From Promethearchaeia archaeon (GTDB taxonomy: Archaea; Asgardarchaeota; Lokiarchaeia; Sigyniarchaeales; SOKP01), in the NCBI GenBank assembly GCA_029856145.1, contig JAHQWK010000005.1, positions 1 to 56,440 of the forward strand: DNA of 56,440 nucleotides, in the 5' to 3' direction. Under the pieces are notes generated by a model. The model had not been told where the DNA came from and searched no databases. It saw only the letters and a program-made list of their open reading frames with translations. The translations under genes and the position numbers were made by a program. Below are positions 10,129 to 20,308 of the stretch, in pieces (the first letter of the stretch is position 1; every line of letters starts with the position of its first letter).

Positions 10129-12234
10129 GTGAAAAATATGAAAAATTTAAATACAAAATCGTTGATGGTCTTTGCAATTCTCCTTTCTTCTGTAGTAGCT
10201 ATGCCTATGGTAGCTATGGGACAAGAAAATGATGATCCTTTCAATTTTGATCAAGTTGATGTTGGTATCTTCGATGGTTTCAGAGGAGGATTTGGTGCCA
10301 TCTTTGGTGATCACTTAGGATATGGAGGAAAAATATTAGGCTCTTTATTTGAAACACTATTTCTTCAAGGTTTGAATCTTACTAAACATGAGATGTTAGG
10401 TAATGTGTTTGTTTTAAGCGCTAATCGAACGAGTTATGAACGAGGTACATATAATTTTGATGATGAAGGTGATATAAGAGATATATATGTCGCTCCTCCA
10501 GATTATGTGAATATGAGCGCCACAGAAATGATGACTGGAATGTCACCAGAGGAAATCGGGCATGCTTATTGTGTAGTAGAAAAACATGGTGAATTTGACT
10601 ATGAAGTTGAGGTTGGAGCTGCAGTTACATTAATTATTTGGGATAACGATCGTTCATTTATTACAGCTGTAAATAAACTACTCAATTTCTTCAAACGAAT
10701 AATGACATATCAGTTTGAGGGTAGACCATTAAACCTAGACATTATTCGGGAGGGGATTTCCTTGCTTACGTGGTTTTTAATTCATATCAACGATATTTTT
10801 ACTGGAGATGAACTATTTATTATGAATCCTATGACATGGCAAAAACTTGATATTATGCCGAGTAATGACGCAGGTAAAGAATTTAGTATTACGAAGAATT
10901 GGTATATAACAGGTAATGATACAGATCATCTCAATGACCAAGCTATGGAAACTCTAACAAATGGAGATCTTTTATTAGATGATTGGAATACTACGGCTCA
11001 AAATAGAAAGGATAGTTATATGGAATGGCTTTTGACTCCAACTCAAGGGGAGGTTGCAGAAACATTTTGGACTCAATTCTCATTTGACTTAATTCAACTA
11101 TGGGTCAAAAATTTTGAGATTCATATCGATGTTAGCGCAATCCTTAATGCCGCTACAGGTGGAGGTGGTGTAAGTCCAGAAGTAATTATTGCCAATGCTT
11201 TTGAAGGTTGCAATATTGATTTTTACTTATTTACACATCATTTAGCAGGAGCGTTTTTATATAATGATACAGATGCAAGTAGAGACATCTCTGCCGTTTA
11301 CACTCCTATAGTTATTGATGAAAATCACACGGTAAATGTGCCTACTAGCACTGAACTCACACACAGACTAATATTAGGACAGGTAAATGGTGGCTTCAAG
11401 TTTGATAAACCAGTAATTGATCCCAGTAATAAGAGCATTTCATGGGGAATCAATATCGTAGATTCTGATATCTCAGCTGTTCCTTTAGGTGTCGATCTAA
11501 CTTCTTACTTGAACGCACCAAAAGAGAATCTTGACTATATTCACTTTGGCTTCACATTTGAACCTTCAATTGATAGAGAGTTAGGTGCAGCACACGGATT
11601 AGTTAAATTAAATCAATTTTTTGCTCCTTGGAATAATCCTGATGGCTATTATGCAAACTCACCAATACCGGGTTTAGATCTCGCGATTATTTATGTATCT
11701 ACTGTTCTACATTTTGAACTTGATATAAGAACTCAAGGTGAAATTCCTGAAGAACCCGAGACAATATTGGAACAAAGACATTATAATAATACACTTCATA
11801 AATTATTGATTGGAAATTATATTGGCAAAGGTGCTCAGGAGGAGTTAGAATTTGTTGACATTGCAGGTCCAGATTATGACTATGGTAATGAAACAACTAG
11901 TAGATTAAACGCTCCGGCAAGTACTAGCATTATTCCACTTGGTGTTTGGTTAATGGAACATGAAAGACACGATACGTATGTAATAGCAGGAGGAGAGGAA
12001 GTAAGTACTTTTTCATCAGATATCAGAATCCAAACTGAATTAAGTGTTATGGTTTATGCTGTGTGTTATCCTGAGTTTGAGGATGGGTCTGGTATATGGC
12101 ATGACCCTACTTTCTCTGTATATATGGTCTTCCAAGGAGAAGGATTCTGGGCCCTGGTAGTATTAATTGCTGGAGTCGGATTAGTCGGAGTGGCAACTAT
12201 TTTGATCAAAAGGAGAAAAGACAGAAGATTTTAA
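10129..12234 (+). CDS. Cell-surface protein (signal peptide, C-terminal TM anchor)
   Basis: N-terminal signal peptide, many N-X-S/T sequons, WHDPTF motif, then a TM helix and basic KRRKDRRF tail. Confidence 0.8.
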   Translation: MKNMKNLNTKSLMVFAILLSSVVAMPMVAMGQENDDPFNFDQVDVGIFDGFRGGFGAIFGDHLGYGGKILGSLFETLFLQGLNLTKHEMLGNVFVLSANRTSYERGTYNFDDEGDIRDIYVAPPDYVNMSATEMMTGMSPEEIGHAYCVVEKHGEFDYEVEVGAAVTLIIWDNDRSFITAVNKLLNFFKRIMTYQFEGRPLNLDIIREGISLLTWFLIHINDIFTGDELFIMNPMTWQKLDIMPSNDAGKEFSITKNWYITGNDTDHLNDQAMETLTNGDLLLDDWNTTAQNRKDSYMEWLLTPTQGEVAETFWTQFSFDLIQLWVKNFEIHIDVSAILNAATGGGGVSPEVIIANAFEGCNIDFYLFTHHLAGAFLYNDTDASRDISAVYTPIVIDENHTVNVPTSTELTHRLILGQVNGGFKFDKPVIDPSNKSISWGINIVDSDISAVPLGVDLTSYLNAPKENLDYIHFGFTFEPSIDRELGAAHGLVKLNQFFAPWNNPDGYYANSPIPGLDLAIIYVSTVLHFELDIRTQGEIPEEPETILEQRHYNNTLHKLLIGNYIGKGAQEELEFVDIAGPDYDYGNETTSRLNAPASTSIIPLGVWLMEHERHDTYVIAGGEEVSTFSSDIRIQTELSVMVYAVCYPEFEDGSGIWHDPTFSVYMVFQGEGFWALVVLIAGVGLVGVATILIKRRKDRRF

Positions 12235-12419
12235 ATTCAAATTAATTTTTTATACTCTTTTTTTTATTTTTTTTTCATTTTATTGAGTTTTTAGATATTT
12301 TATAATGATTTTTATAAAAAAATAAGATTTTTCAATTTCCTTTTCTTATAAAGTTATAAATTTTGATAAATCTAAGTGACATAAAGATAATAATTATTTT
12401 CAAATAATGTGAATCATAA

Positions 12420-14210
12420 ATGACATTAAAAATGCAACAGCCCTTTTATGTTGACGAGAATAAACGCTGGTTTAAGAAGTGGTGGCCAAAAGGAGTTCCT
12501 TTAAATACTAATTTTGAAGAGAAAACAATAAATGAATTATTAGATGAACAAGTTGATAAATATAAAGATGAGAAATTCATTTGGTTTTTAGACGCATGGA
12601 TTACATATAAACAATTCCAAGATTACGTGAAATCATTTGCTACAGCATTAGTGAATTTAGGAATTAAAAAGGGGGATGTTATAGGAATTTTTTTACCTAA
12701 TTGTCCCCAATATATTGTTGCCTATTTTGCTATTACACGAATAGGAGCAATTGCTAGCGGAATTAATCCTACTTACCAACCGGTAGAAGTTCATCATCAA
12801 TTCGATATTACTAAACCGAAAATGCTTATCGTATTAGATGCTTTATATGAATCATCGATAAAACCAATAATTCAAGAGTCAACAATAGAGCATGTTATTT
12901 ATACAAATCTTACAGATTTAACAAAAATAAAAGGTGTAAAAAAGGCAATTGGAAAATTTGTAAAAAAAATTCCTTCTGGAAAAGTTGATTTTCCAGGTGC
13001 TTTAAAATTTAAAGAACTCTTAAATACAGAACCAAACGTTCCAAAAGTGAATATTGATGTAAAGAAACATCCCGCAACATATATTATGACAGGTGGTACA
13101 ACAGGGTTACCAAAAGCTGCTGTTTTAAATCATTTTAATATCGTTTCAAATGCTTTACAATGCAAATTATGGTTAGGGGGGGAAAAACCAGGAATTGGAA
13201 ACATAGGGATCTTACCCTTATTCCATAGCTTTGCTCATACTATTGTAATGAATACAACTTTAACTATTGGGGGGTGGATAATGCTTTTTCCGACTCCTCC
13301 TTCACAAGCGGAATTGTGTGAGCAAATAGAAAGACTTCCTTGCAAGGAAGGATTAATTTATGCCGGTACTGAGATTATATTTAAAAGATTGGCTGAGCTT
13401 AAAAATCTTAAAAGGAGATTTCCAGGGGTAATGGGAAAATTAATTTTATGTATTTCTAGTGCAGGTCCATTGCATGAACCCGTTAGAGATGCATTTGTTA
13501 AAAACACGGGAGGTAGAATTGTAGAAGGCTATGGTTTATCAGAAGCTAGTCCTGCTGTAAGTGCAGGAAACTTATTTGGTGAAAGCCCGGTTGGAAGTAT
13601 AGGGATGCCTTTTCCTGGAACAGAGTGGGGAATTTGGCCTATTGATGATTTTTCTAAGGGTCCAATATGTTTAGGAAATCCAGAAGATAAAAATTTTGGT
13701 ATTGAAAATAGTGGCGAAATATGTATTACCGGGCCTCAAGTTATGTTAGAATATCTCAATGAGCCTGAAGAGACATCAAAAACAATTTTGGAGTATGAAG
13801 GTAAAAAGTGGCTTTTAACTGGAGATATTGGTTTAATGAACGAGGATGGTACAATTGAAATAAGAGATAGAAAAAAACAACTCATAAAATGTAAAGGATA
13901 TTCTGTTTTTCCCAAAGAAATTGAGGAATTATTAATGAAACATCCGGAGATTACAGAAGCGGCTGTTGCAGGACTTCCTGATCAAGAATACGGAGAAATT
14001 ATTAAAGCTTGGGTTGCGATTAAGGAAGATTGTGATTGTTCACCTCAAAAAATAAAAGAATGGGCAAATAATAATATGGCACATTATAAAGTACCTCACA
14101 AGGTAGCAATAATCGGCGAGCTTCCCCATAATTTAATTGGAAAAGTTCAGAGGAGAGTGTTACAAGAGTCAGATCCTATATGGAAAGAAAAATATGAAAA
14201 AAATCAATGA
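12420..14210 (+). CDS. Long-chain fatty acid-CoA ligase (AMP-binding family)
   Basis: MTGGTTGLPKA, EGYGLSEA, TGDIG, RDRKKQLI and GKVQRR motifs. Confidence 0.93.
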   Translation: MTLKMQQPFYVDENKRWFKKWWPKGVPLNTNFEEKTINELLDEQVDKYKDEKFIWFLDAWITYKQFQDYVKSFATALVNLGIKKGDVIGIFLPNCPQYIVAYFAITRIGAIASGINPTYQPVEVHHQFDITKPKMLIVLDALYESSIKPIIQESTIEHVIYTNLTDLTKIKGVKKAIGKFVKKIPSGKVDFPGALKFKELLNTEPNVPKVNIDVKKHPATYIMTGGTTGLPKAAVLNHFNIVSNALQCKLWLGGEKPGIGNIGILPLFHSFAHTIVMNTTLTIGGWIMLFPTPPSQAELCEQIERLPCKEGLIYAGTEIIFKRLAELKNLKRRFPGVMGKLILCISSAGPLHEPVRDAFVKNTGGRIVEGYGLSEASPAVSAGNLFGESPVGSIGMPFPGTEWGIWPIDDFSKGPICLGNPEDKNFGIENSGEICITGPQVMLEYLNEPEETSKTILEYEGKKWLLTGDIGLMNEDGTIEIRDRKKQLIKCKGYSVFPKEIEELLMKHPEITEAAVAGLPDQEYGEIIKAWVAIKEDCDCSPQKIKEWANNNMAHYKVPHKVAIIGELPHNLIGKVQRRVLQESDPIWKEKYEKNQ

Positions 14211-14480
14211 TTTTCTTATAAAATTTTTAAAATGTTATTTAAACTTTTAAGATATCATGTGGAGTGTGCTTTTACCATTATCTTTAAGGGATCTAGTTAA
14301 ATATTCTTATAGGCATTTTTAAGTAGGAAAAAGATAACTATTCAGTATATTTCAAAACATAGAAGATTCTAGTAGAAAGATAAATAAAGAAGATGTTTCT
14401 AGTTTAATCGAACATAAATTTTTATTAAGATATATGGTTTTTTTTAATATAGTAAAAACAAAATCGAGTGTTTTTTAAAT

Positions 14481-15416
14481 TTGTCTGAAAAATCAGAAAT
14501 AGAAAAACTATTAATAGAAGGTGCGAAATTAGAAGCATTAGAAATAACGGATTCAAAACTTCAATTAGTTGATAAAGTTATTCAAGATTTTGCGCCAGAA
14601 ATTGCGTTTTTGTATCAATTTAGGGATGACGAATCAGAAGAACAACAGATAAAAACAGGGCGCCTTCATGAAAATCGCATCTTAGGTATACTCCTAAAAT
14701 TCTATTTAGAAGGAAAGAATAAAATTACTACGGGAGAAGTAGAGGATGAATATAAAAGATATTTTAAAGAAATTGCGCGATCTACTATCTCAACTTATTT
14801 AAATATGCTAAAGAAGGAATCTACTTTATATAAAGAAAGAGATGGAAGAATTGTATATTATATTTTTTATGAAGATCCTCCAGGTGGTATTAAACCTTTC
14901 TGGTTTACTCGATTGTTTTGTATAATTCCTGCGTATTTTGAGAGAGCAATGAATTTTTCTCCTTTATATATAGATGCTGGAAAATATGTGAAACAAAATA
15001 TTGAGGATTATAGCAGAGAAAATCTTAATCTTTTAATTAGAAATTTCAAATTTATTGCTGGTTTAATAATTCTAAATATTTTCAAAAATCGTGTTTCAAA
15101 ATGTATACTTTGCCAATTCAGTAAGAGAGAAATATATAAAAAATTAGAAGAAATAATGGATGTTGCTGTCAAAGATAGATCAGACGTTTTGCCCGAAGAA
15201 CTCTTTGAGCTCATCGAGAAATTCTCAGAAATACCTATTTTCAATGGAATCAATATCGAAAGGGCTGATATCGAAAAGGAAATTGGCAAAAAAATACTAA
15301 GACATGCAGATCTATATAAAAAAGATCTTGATTTTCAAATTATGGTATCACTTAGAAGAAAAGATTTAAGATTGAAACAAAAATTAGCTTTGGAAGAGCA
15401 ACATATCGATTCATAA
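14481..15416 (+). CDS. Hypothetical protein with winged-helix DNA-binding domain
   Basis: ITTGEVE...IARSTISTYLNMLKKESTLYKERDGRIVYY is an ArsR-like wHTH; a CxxC follows. Confidence 0.7.
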   Translation: MSEKSEIEKLLIEGAKLEALEITDSKLQLVDKVIQDFAPEIAFLYQFRDDESEEQQIKTGRLHENRILGILLKFYLEGKNKITTGEVEDEYKRYFKEIARSTISTYLNMLKKESTLYKERDGRIVYYIFYEDPPGGIKPFWFTRLFCIIPAYFERAMNFSPLYIDAGKYVKQNIEDYSRENLNLLIRNFKFIAGLIILNIFKNRVSKCILCQFSKREIYKKLEEIMDVAVKDRSDVLPEELFELIEKFSEIPIFNGINIERADIEKEIGKKILRHADLYKKDLDFQIMVSLRRKDLRLKQKLALEEQHIDS

Positions 15417-15497
15417 TTTGAAAATTTATTAAAAAAATATTACTTTTTTTTAGGAATTAGTGATAAATTTATCCACTAGCGAAAGGCTTGGATATAC

Positions 15498-16028
15498 TTA
15501 TAATAAATTAGACTTTTGTAGCATTAAACGTGATAAAGCTTCAAAAGTTTCTTCCACATTTTCACCTGTCTTCGAACTACATTCTATAAAACCATCTACG
15601 CTTCTAGATTTTGCAATATTAATACCTTCATCTCCTGTAACTTCACGATCATCAAGGAGATCTGCTTTTCCCCCTACGACAATAACAGGAAATTGATCTT
15701 CTGCTCGAAGTTCTCTTCTAATTACCATTAGCCAATCATCTATATGTGCAAGGGAACTATAATTTGTAACATCATACATAAATAGGGCTCCATTAGCACC
15801 ACGCACGTATGTTGGTAATAAAAATCGAAATCTTTCTTCTCCACCAAAATCCCAAATTTGCAGTTTTATCCTTTTTCCGTTGATTTCCAAACTTTTAACC
15901 TCGAAATCAACACCTATAGTCATTTTGGAATCTGATTTAAATAAATTAGTCAAGAATCTTTGGGTAAGGGTAGTTTTTCCGCACCCGGCATCTCCAAAAA
16001 TCACAATTTTATAAGTTGCATCATACAT
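15498..16028 (-). CDS. Rab-like small GTPase (non-canonical G3/G4)
   Basis: GDAGCGKT, TIGVDF, WDFGGEERF, GGKAD, CSSK. Confidence 0.95.
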   Translation of the reverse strand: MYDATYKIVIFGDAGCGKTTLTQRFLTNLFKSDSKMTIGVDFEVKSLEINGKRIKLQIWDFGGEERFRFLLPTYVRGANGALFMYDVTNYSSLAHIDDWLMVIRRELRAEDQFPVIVVGGKADLLDDREVTGDEGINIAKSRSVDGFIECSSKTGENVEETFEALSRLMLQKSNLL

Positions 16029-16304
16029 TTGTTAAGTTACCTTCCTCTATTAGATTAATTTATGATTGGAAATGCCTTTGAGTATTTTGGTTTTATTTAA
16101 AGAGAGTTCTTGTTTTTTTGATTTGATCACTATTAAGATTTCTATATTTAATATCTTTTTCTATATATTTAAAAAATTTTGAAGTGATATATAAAAAGAT
16201 TGTAATATATGTTTAAAATTTTTTGTCATTCAAATGTATAGATTTGTCAATAAAGATAGTGGGTTTAATCAAGTTTAATAAGCTATTTATTGTTAAAACT
16301 TCAT

Positions 16305-16643
16305 TCAAGACACCTCTACAGATACTGTTACCACAGCATTACAAACAATTATATTATCTGAACTATCTCCAAGTTCTTTGATCATAATACCTTTAGCAAC
16401 TAATCCACCATTTACCACCTTAATTGATTTTTCACCGAAAGGTATTGCTTTTAAAACTTTCTTTTCATCAATACTTTCCGGATATGGTGCGCCAATCTTT
16501 ACATGAACTTTCATTTTTAATAGATCTTTGGGTTCCTTTAATCCACAGATCTCTGTTAACACTATTAAACAATTATTTGAAATTGCATTTTTAACCGCTT
16601 TAATAGCAGCATTGGTGCAATCATCATTAATAAATACTTGAAT
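16305..16643 (-). pseudogene. Lin0512-family gene, 5'-truncated
   Basis: The frame extends upstream of the called start as DCTNAAIKAVKNAISNNCL, and IPFG...GGL...CNAVVTV follows. An in-frame TAA at 16644-16646 with no start codon removes the expected N-terminal GxD.HGQ segment. Confidence 0.6.
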
Positions 16644-16755
16644 TTAATAAAATTCAATGAGATGTACAATAAAAAATAAAATATTTTGCTTATTTTTTAC
16701 TTTAAACTATATTCAATGGATAAATCTATATCTAGAACTAAAGTGAAATGAGATT

Positions 16756-17874
16756 ATGGTTAAAGAAAAGGAAAAAAATCCTTATGAAATAAATGATAAA
16801 GTCTACAAGCGTTTTAAGCAGAAAAATAACATGTTGTTTAGAAGATTGTGGGATAAATCTTTATCAACTTACCATCAAATGATTGATACTAATATCGAGA
16901 AACACATTGAATCAAAGAAAGATGGTTATTCAAGGATAGATTTTGCGTTAGTAGCGGCGGGTTGGACTGTATACGAAAGATTTCCTTATGCATTTACGTG
17001 GGAAAGGAAAGATTTGATGGATATTGGGTATGGAGTAAATTGGATGAAATCAAAATATATAATTGAAAATTCGAAGAGTTTCACGAATTATATAAAAAGA
17101 GCAGCAAAGTTCTATGGAGCATCTTTAGTAGGCGTTGCCAATGTTAATGCAAAATGGATCTATAAGACAGGATTTAAGAGACCTGATCAAACTAGTGAAG
17201 CTGAAGCAAAGAAGGAAGTTCGTGGAGGAAAGGCTGCAAATTCGATGTACGATCAGCCTATAAATTTGCCAAATGGGATTAATAAAGCAATCGTGATGGC
17301 GATAGAAATGGATCAAGATGCAATTTCGACAGCACCAGCTCAACCAGCAGCCGCAGCCTCAGCAATTGCATATTCAAAAATGGCGTTTATTATCTCATGT
17401 TTGGGTGAATTTATTAGAAATTTAGGATATAGGGCTATTCAATGTGGTAATGATACTGCTCTTAGTATACCATTAGCAATTGATGCGGGTCTCGGAGCTT
17501 TAGGTAGGAATGGGCTACTACTTACTCCTGAACTTGGACCGAGAGTGCGTATATGTAAGGTCTTTACAGATATGCCATTAATTTCTGATGATCCAAACCA
17601 AGAATTCATAGCAAAAGTTAATAATTATTGTAAGAATTGTTCTAAATGTGCCGAGGCTTGTGAAACCAATGCAATTACAAAAGAGGAGGATCCTACATTT
17701 AAACCGGCTACCATTTCTAACAATCCTGGAGTTAAGAAATATTATGTTGATGTAGAAAAATGTTTTGAATATTGGATAGAAAACAGCAGTGATTGTGGAA
17801 ATTGTATTGCAGCATGCCCTTTTTCAAAAATTGTTAAATATCTTACACCCAATGAATTTTGGAGTAAAATATAA
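16756..17874 (+). CDS. Reductive dehalogenase-like corrinoid/Fe-S protein (RdhA/QueG superfamily)
   Basis: IKRAAKFYGASLVGVA, AGLGALGRNGLLLTPELGPRVRI.KVFTDMPL, CKNCSKCAEAC and CFEYW...CGNCIAACPF; no TAT signal. Confidence 0.85.
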   Translation: MVKEKEKNPYEINDKVYKRFKQKNNMLFRRLWDKSLSTYHQMIDTNIEKHIESKKDGYSRIDFALVAAGWTVYERFPYAFTWERKDLMDIGYGVNWMKSKYIIENSKSFTNYIKRAAKFYGASLVGVANVNAKWIYKTGFKRPDQTSEAEAKKEVRGGKAANSMYDQPINLPNGINKAIVMAIEMDQDAISTAPAQPAAAASAIAYSKMAFIISCLGEFIRNLGYRAIQCGNDTALSIPLAIDAGLGALGRNGLLLTPELGPRVRICKVFTDMPLISDDPNQEFIAKVNNYCKNCSKCAEACETNAITKEEDPTFKPATISNNPGVKKYYVDVEKCFEYWIENSSDCGNCIAACPFSKIVKYLTPNEFWSKI

Positions 17875-17933
17875 TTCAATCTTTAAATTATAACTTCTTT
17901 AAGAAGATAGAAAAAAAAGGGAAAACCCTTAGT

Positions 17934-18281
17934 TTAATATTGCTTATACTCACCTTTATACCAAGAACGTTGGGTTTTTCTAAGATTATCAGGCATGTCT
18001 TCATATGGAGATATTTCTTCATGGAGTTTACAGTCAACGCCATAGCGTTTGTTTGTTTTAAGGTGAACATATCCCGTTTTTGATATTCCATTAGCCGCTC
18101 TTAAGGCTGTGCGCCTCGTTATTAAAGATGCCCCTTTTATATAAAAGTACCTCCATTTCTCATCATCGTTAACAAGTTCTATGAATATTCCTTCGTTCAT
18201 ATCTGCGTCAGATTCGATTGGTACAAATTGACCTTTATCACTATTCCATTTTAGCATAAAATTATCTTTTTTTTCTGTCAT
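17934..18281 (-). CDS. Hypothetical protein, possibly single gelsolin/cofilin-like domain
   Basis: Two strands (IFIELVNDDEKWRYFY) followed by a basic helix (GASLITRRTALRAANGI) resembles Asgard gelsolin-like domains. Confidence 0.45.
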   Translation of the reverse strand: MTEKKDNFMLKWNSDKGQFVPIESDADMNEGIFIELVNDDEKWRYFYIKGASLITRRTALRAANGISKTGYVHLKTNKRYGVDCKLHEEISPYEDMPDNLRKTQRSWYKGEYKQY

Positions 18282-18556
18282 TGTTTTGCCAATATTTCAC
18301 TTGTAGGTTATAAGAAATAAAATTAAATTCTTTCTTAAAAAATTTTAACTTTTTTATGATTCTATAATAAAATTAATATTATTTAATCTTATTTTAACCA
18401 TTAAATACATTCTACTATCAAATCTCGTATCTTTTGCTTAGTGTAAAATGATACATCTTCTATCATAAATTTTATGAGCTATTTTGGATATATTTAACAA
18501 AACAGAAATAAGTTATAATCTTTATAAAAACAAAATTTATTGATTTTATCCCGATT

Positions 18557-20278
18557 TTGAAAATGAAAATCATCGACAAGAAAACTATTGCTGAGATTTT
18601 AGTCGAAAAGATCAAAGGCCTTAAAGTAGAGGAAATTGAGACATTATTAGAAAGACCTCCTTCAGAGATCAATTTTACCTATGCTTTTCCTTGTTTTAGG
18701 CTAGCAAAACTCGAAAAAAAATCACCTGATTTAATAGCAATAGATTTAGAAAATGAAATTAAAAAAGCTGAAGTTTTAGATGATATAAAAGCAATTGGGC
18801 CTTATTTAAATTTGAAAGTTAAATCAAGGTATATTCTTGAAAGTATATTTGAATTGAATGGAGATTATGGGAGGATTCGAGACATTATTAATAAAGGAGA
18901 AAAAGAGAAGAAAAGAATTGTTATTGAATATCCTGCCCCAAACACTAATAAACCTCTCCATTTTGGTCATATTAGAAATATATTACTTGGTAAATCACTT
19001 TCTAATTTGCTTGAATATAGGGGACATGATGTCTTTCAGGTAAATTTATATAATAACCGTGGTATTCACATTTGTAAAAGTATGCTGGCATATAAAAAAT
19101 GGGGGAATAATAAGGAACCAGATAAGAAAAGCGATCATTATGTGGGAGACTTTTACGTAAAGTTTAGTGAAATAGTAGAAAAGAATATAAATCTTGAGCA
19201 AGAGGCTTATAATTTATTAAGATTATGGGAAATGGGCGATGAAGAAACTTTAAAATTGTGGAAAAAAATGAATAATTGGGTTTTGGAAGGTTTTAAGGTC
19301 ACTTTTGAAAAACTTGGTATCTCATTTGATAAAGAATACTTTGAATCTGATTTATATCTAAAAGGAAAAGAGATTATTCTCGATGGACTGAGAAAAGGGA
19401 TCTTTAAAAAAACTGAAGATGGAGCTATTTTTGCAAAATTTGAAGAAAAATATAACCTACCTGATAAATTCCTAATCCGTAGTGATGGTACAACTATTTA
19501 TATTACTCAAGATATATATCTTGCTTATAAAAAGAAGGAAGATTTTAATTACGATAGATCTATTTATGTTGTTGGGGATCCACAAAATCAACATTTTAAA
19601 TGGTTGTTTGCAATACTGGATATGTTAGGCTTTAAAGAAGATAATTATCATTTATCATATGGCATGATTAGTCTCCCTAGTGGGAAAATGAAAAGTCGAG
19701 AGGGGACTGTTGTCGATGGAGATGATGTTATTGAGGAAGTAGAAAACCTTGCATTAGTTGAGGTTAATAAAAGATACTCTGATATTTCTGAATCTGAAAA
19801 GTCAAGAAGGGCGAAAATTATTGGATTAGCAGCACTTAAATTCTTTATTTTAAAATATAGTGCAGTTAAAGGTTTTGTTTTTAAACCGGATGAAAGTATT
19901 TCATTTGAAGGAGAAACTGGTCCTTATATTCAATATTGTTACGCAAGGATAGCATCAATAATTTCAAAATCAGAAATCGAGGTTAGTACTAATATTAATT
20001 GGGATTTATTAATTCATAAAAATGAATTAGATTTAATAAAACAGATGACTTATTTCCCTGAGATCGTAGATTCAGCTGAAGAAACATATAACATTCACTT
20101 AATAACTCAATATTTATTATCGTTATGTCAAACATTTAACTCGTTTTACTCTTCTTGCCAAGTTATATCTGACAATAAAAAATTAGAAAACGCAAGATTG
20201 TTAATCATAAAATGCGTGCAGATAATTATTAAGATTGGATTAGACATCTTAGGAATTGAAACCCTTGATAAAATGTAA
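18557..20278 (+). CDS. argS: Arginine--tRNA ligase
   Basis: IEYPAPNTNKPLHFGHIRN, RSDGT..Y.TQD, KMKSREG, EGETGPYIQY.YARI.SI. Confidence 0.97.
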   Translation: MKMKIIDKKTIAEILVEKIKGLKVEEIETLLERPPSEINFTYAFPCFRLAKLEKKSPDLIAIDLENEIKKAEVLDDIKAIGPYLNLKVKSRYILESIFELNGDYGRIRDIINKGEKEKKRIVIEYPAPNTNKPLHFGHIRNILLGKSLSNLLEYRGHDVFQVNLYNNRGIHICKSMLAYKKWGNNKEPDKKSDHYVGDFYVKFSEIVEKNINLEQEAYNLLRLWEMGDEETLKLWKKMNNWVLEGFKVTFEKLGISFDKEYFESDLYLKGKEIILDGLRKGIFKKTEDGAIFAKFEEKYNLPDKFLIRSDGTTIYITQDIYLAYKKKEDFNYDRSIYVVGDPQNQHFKWLFAILDMLGFKEDNYHLSYGMISLPSGKMKSREGTVVDGDDVIEEVENLALVEVNKRYSDISESEKSRRAKIIGLAALKFFILKYSAVKGFVFKPDESISFEGETGPYIQYCYARIASIISKSEIEVSTNINWDLLIHKNELDLIKQMTYFPEIVDSAEETYNIHLITQYLLSLCQTFNSFYSSCQVISDNKKLENARLLIIKCVQIIIKIGLDILGIETLDKM

Positions 20279-20308
20279 GAAACAGGAGATAAAAAGAGAT
20301 AAATCAAA

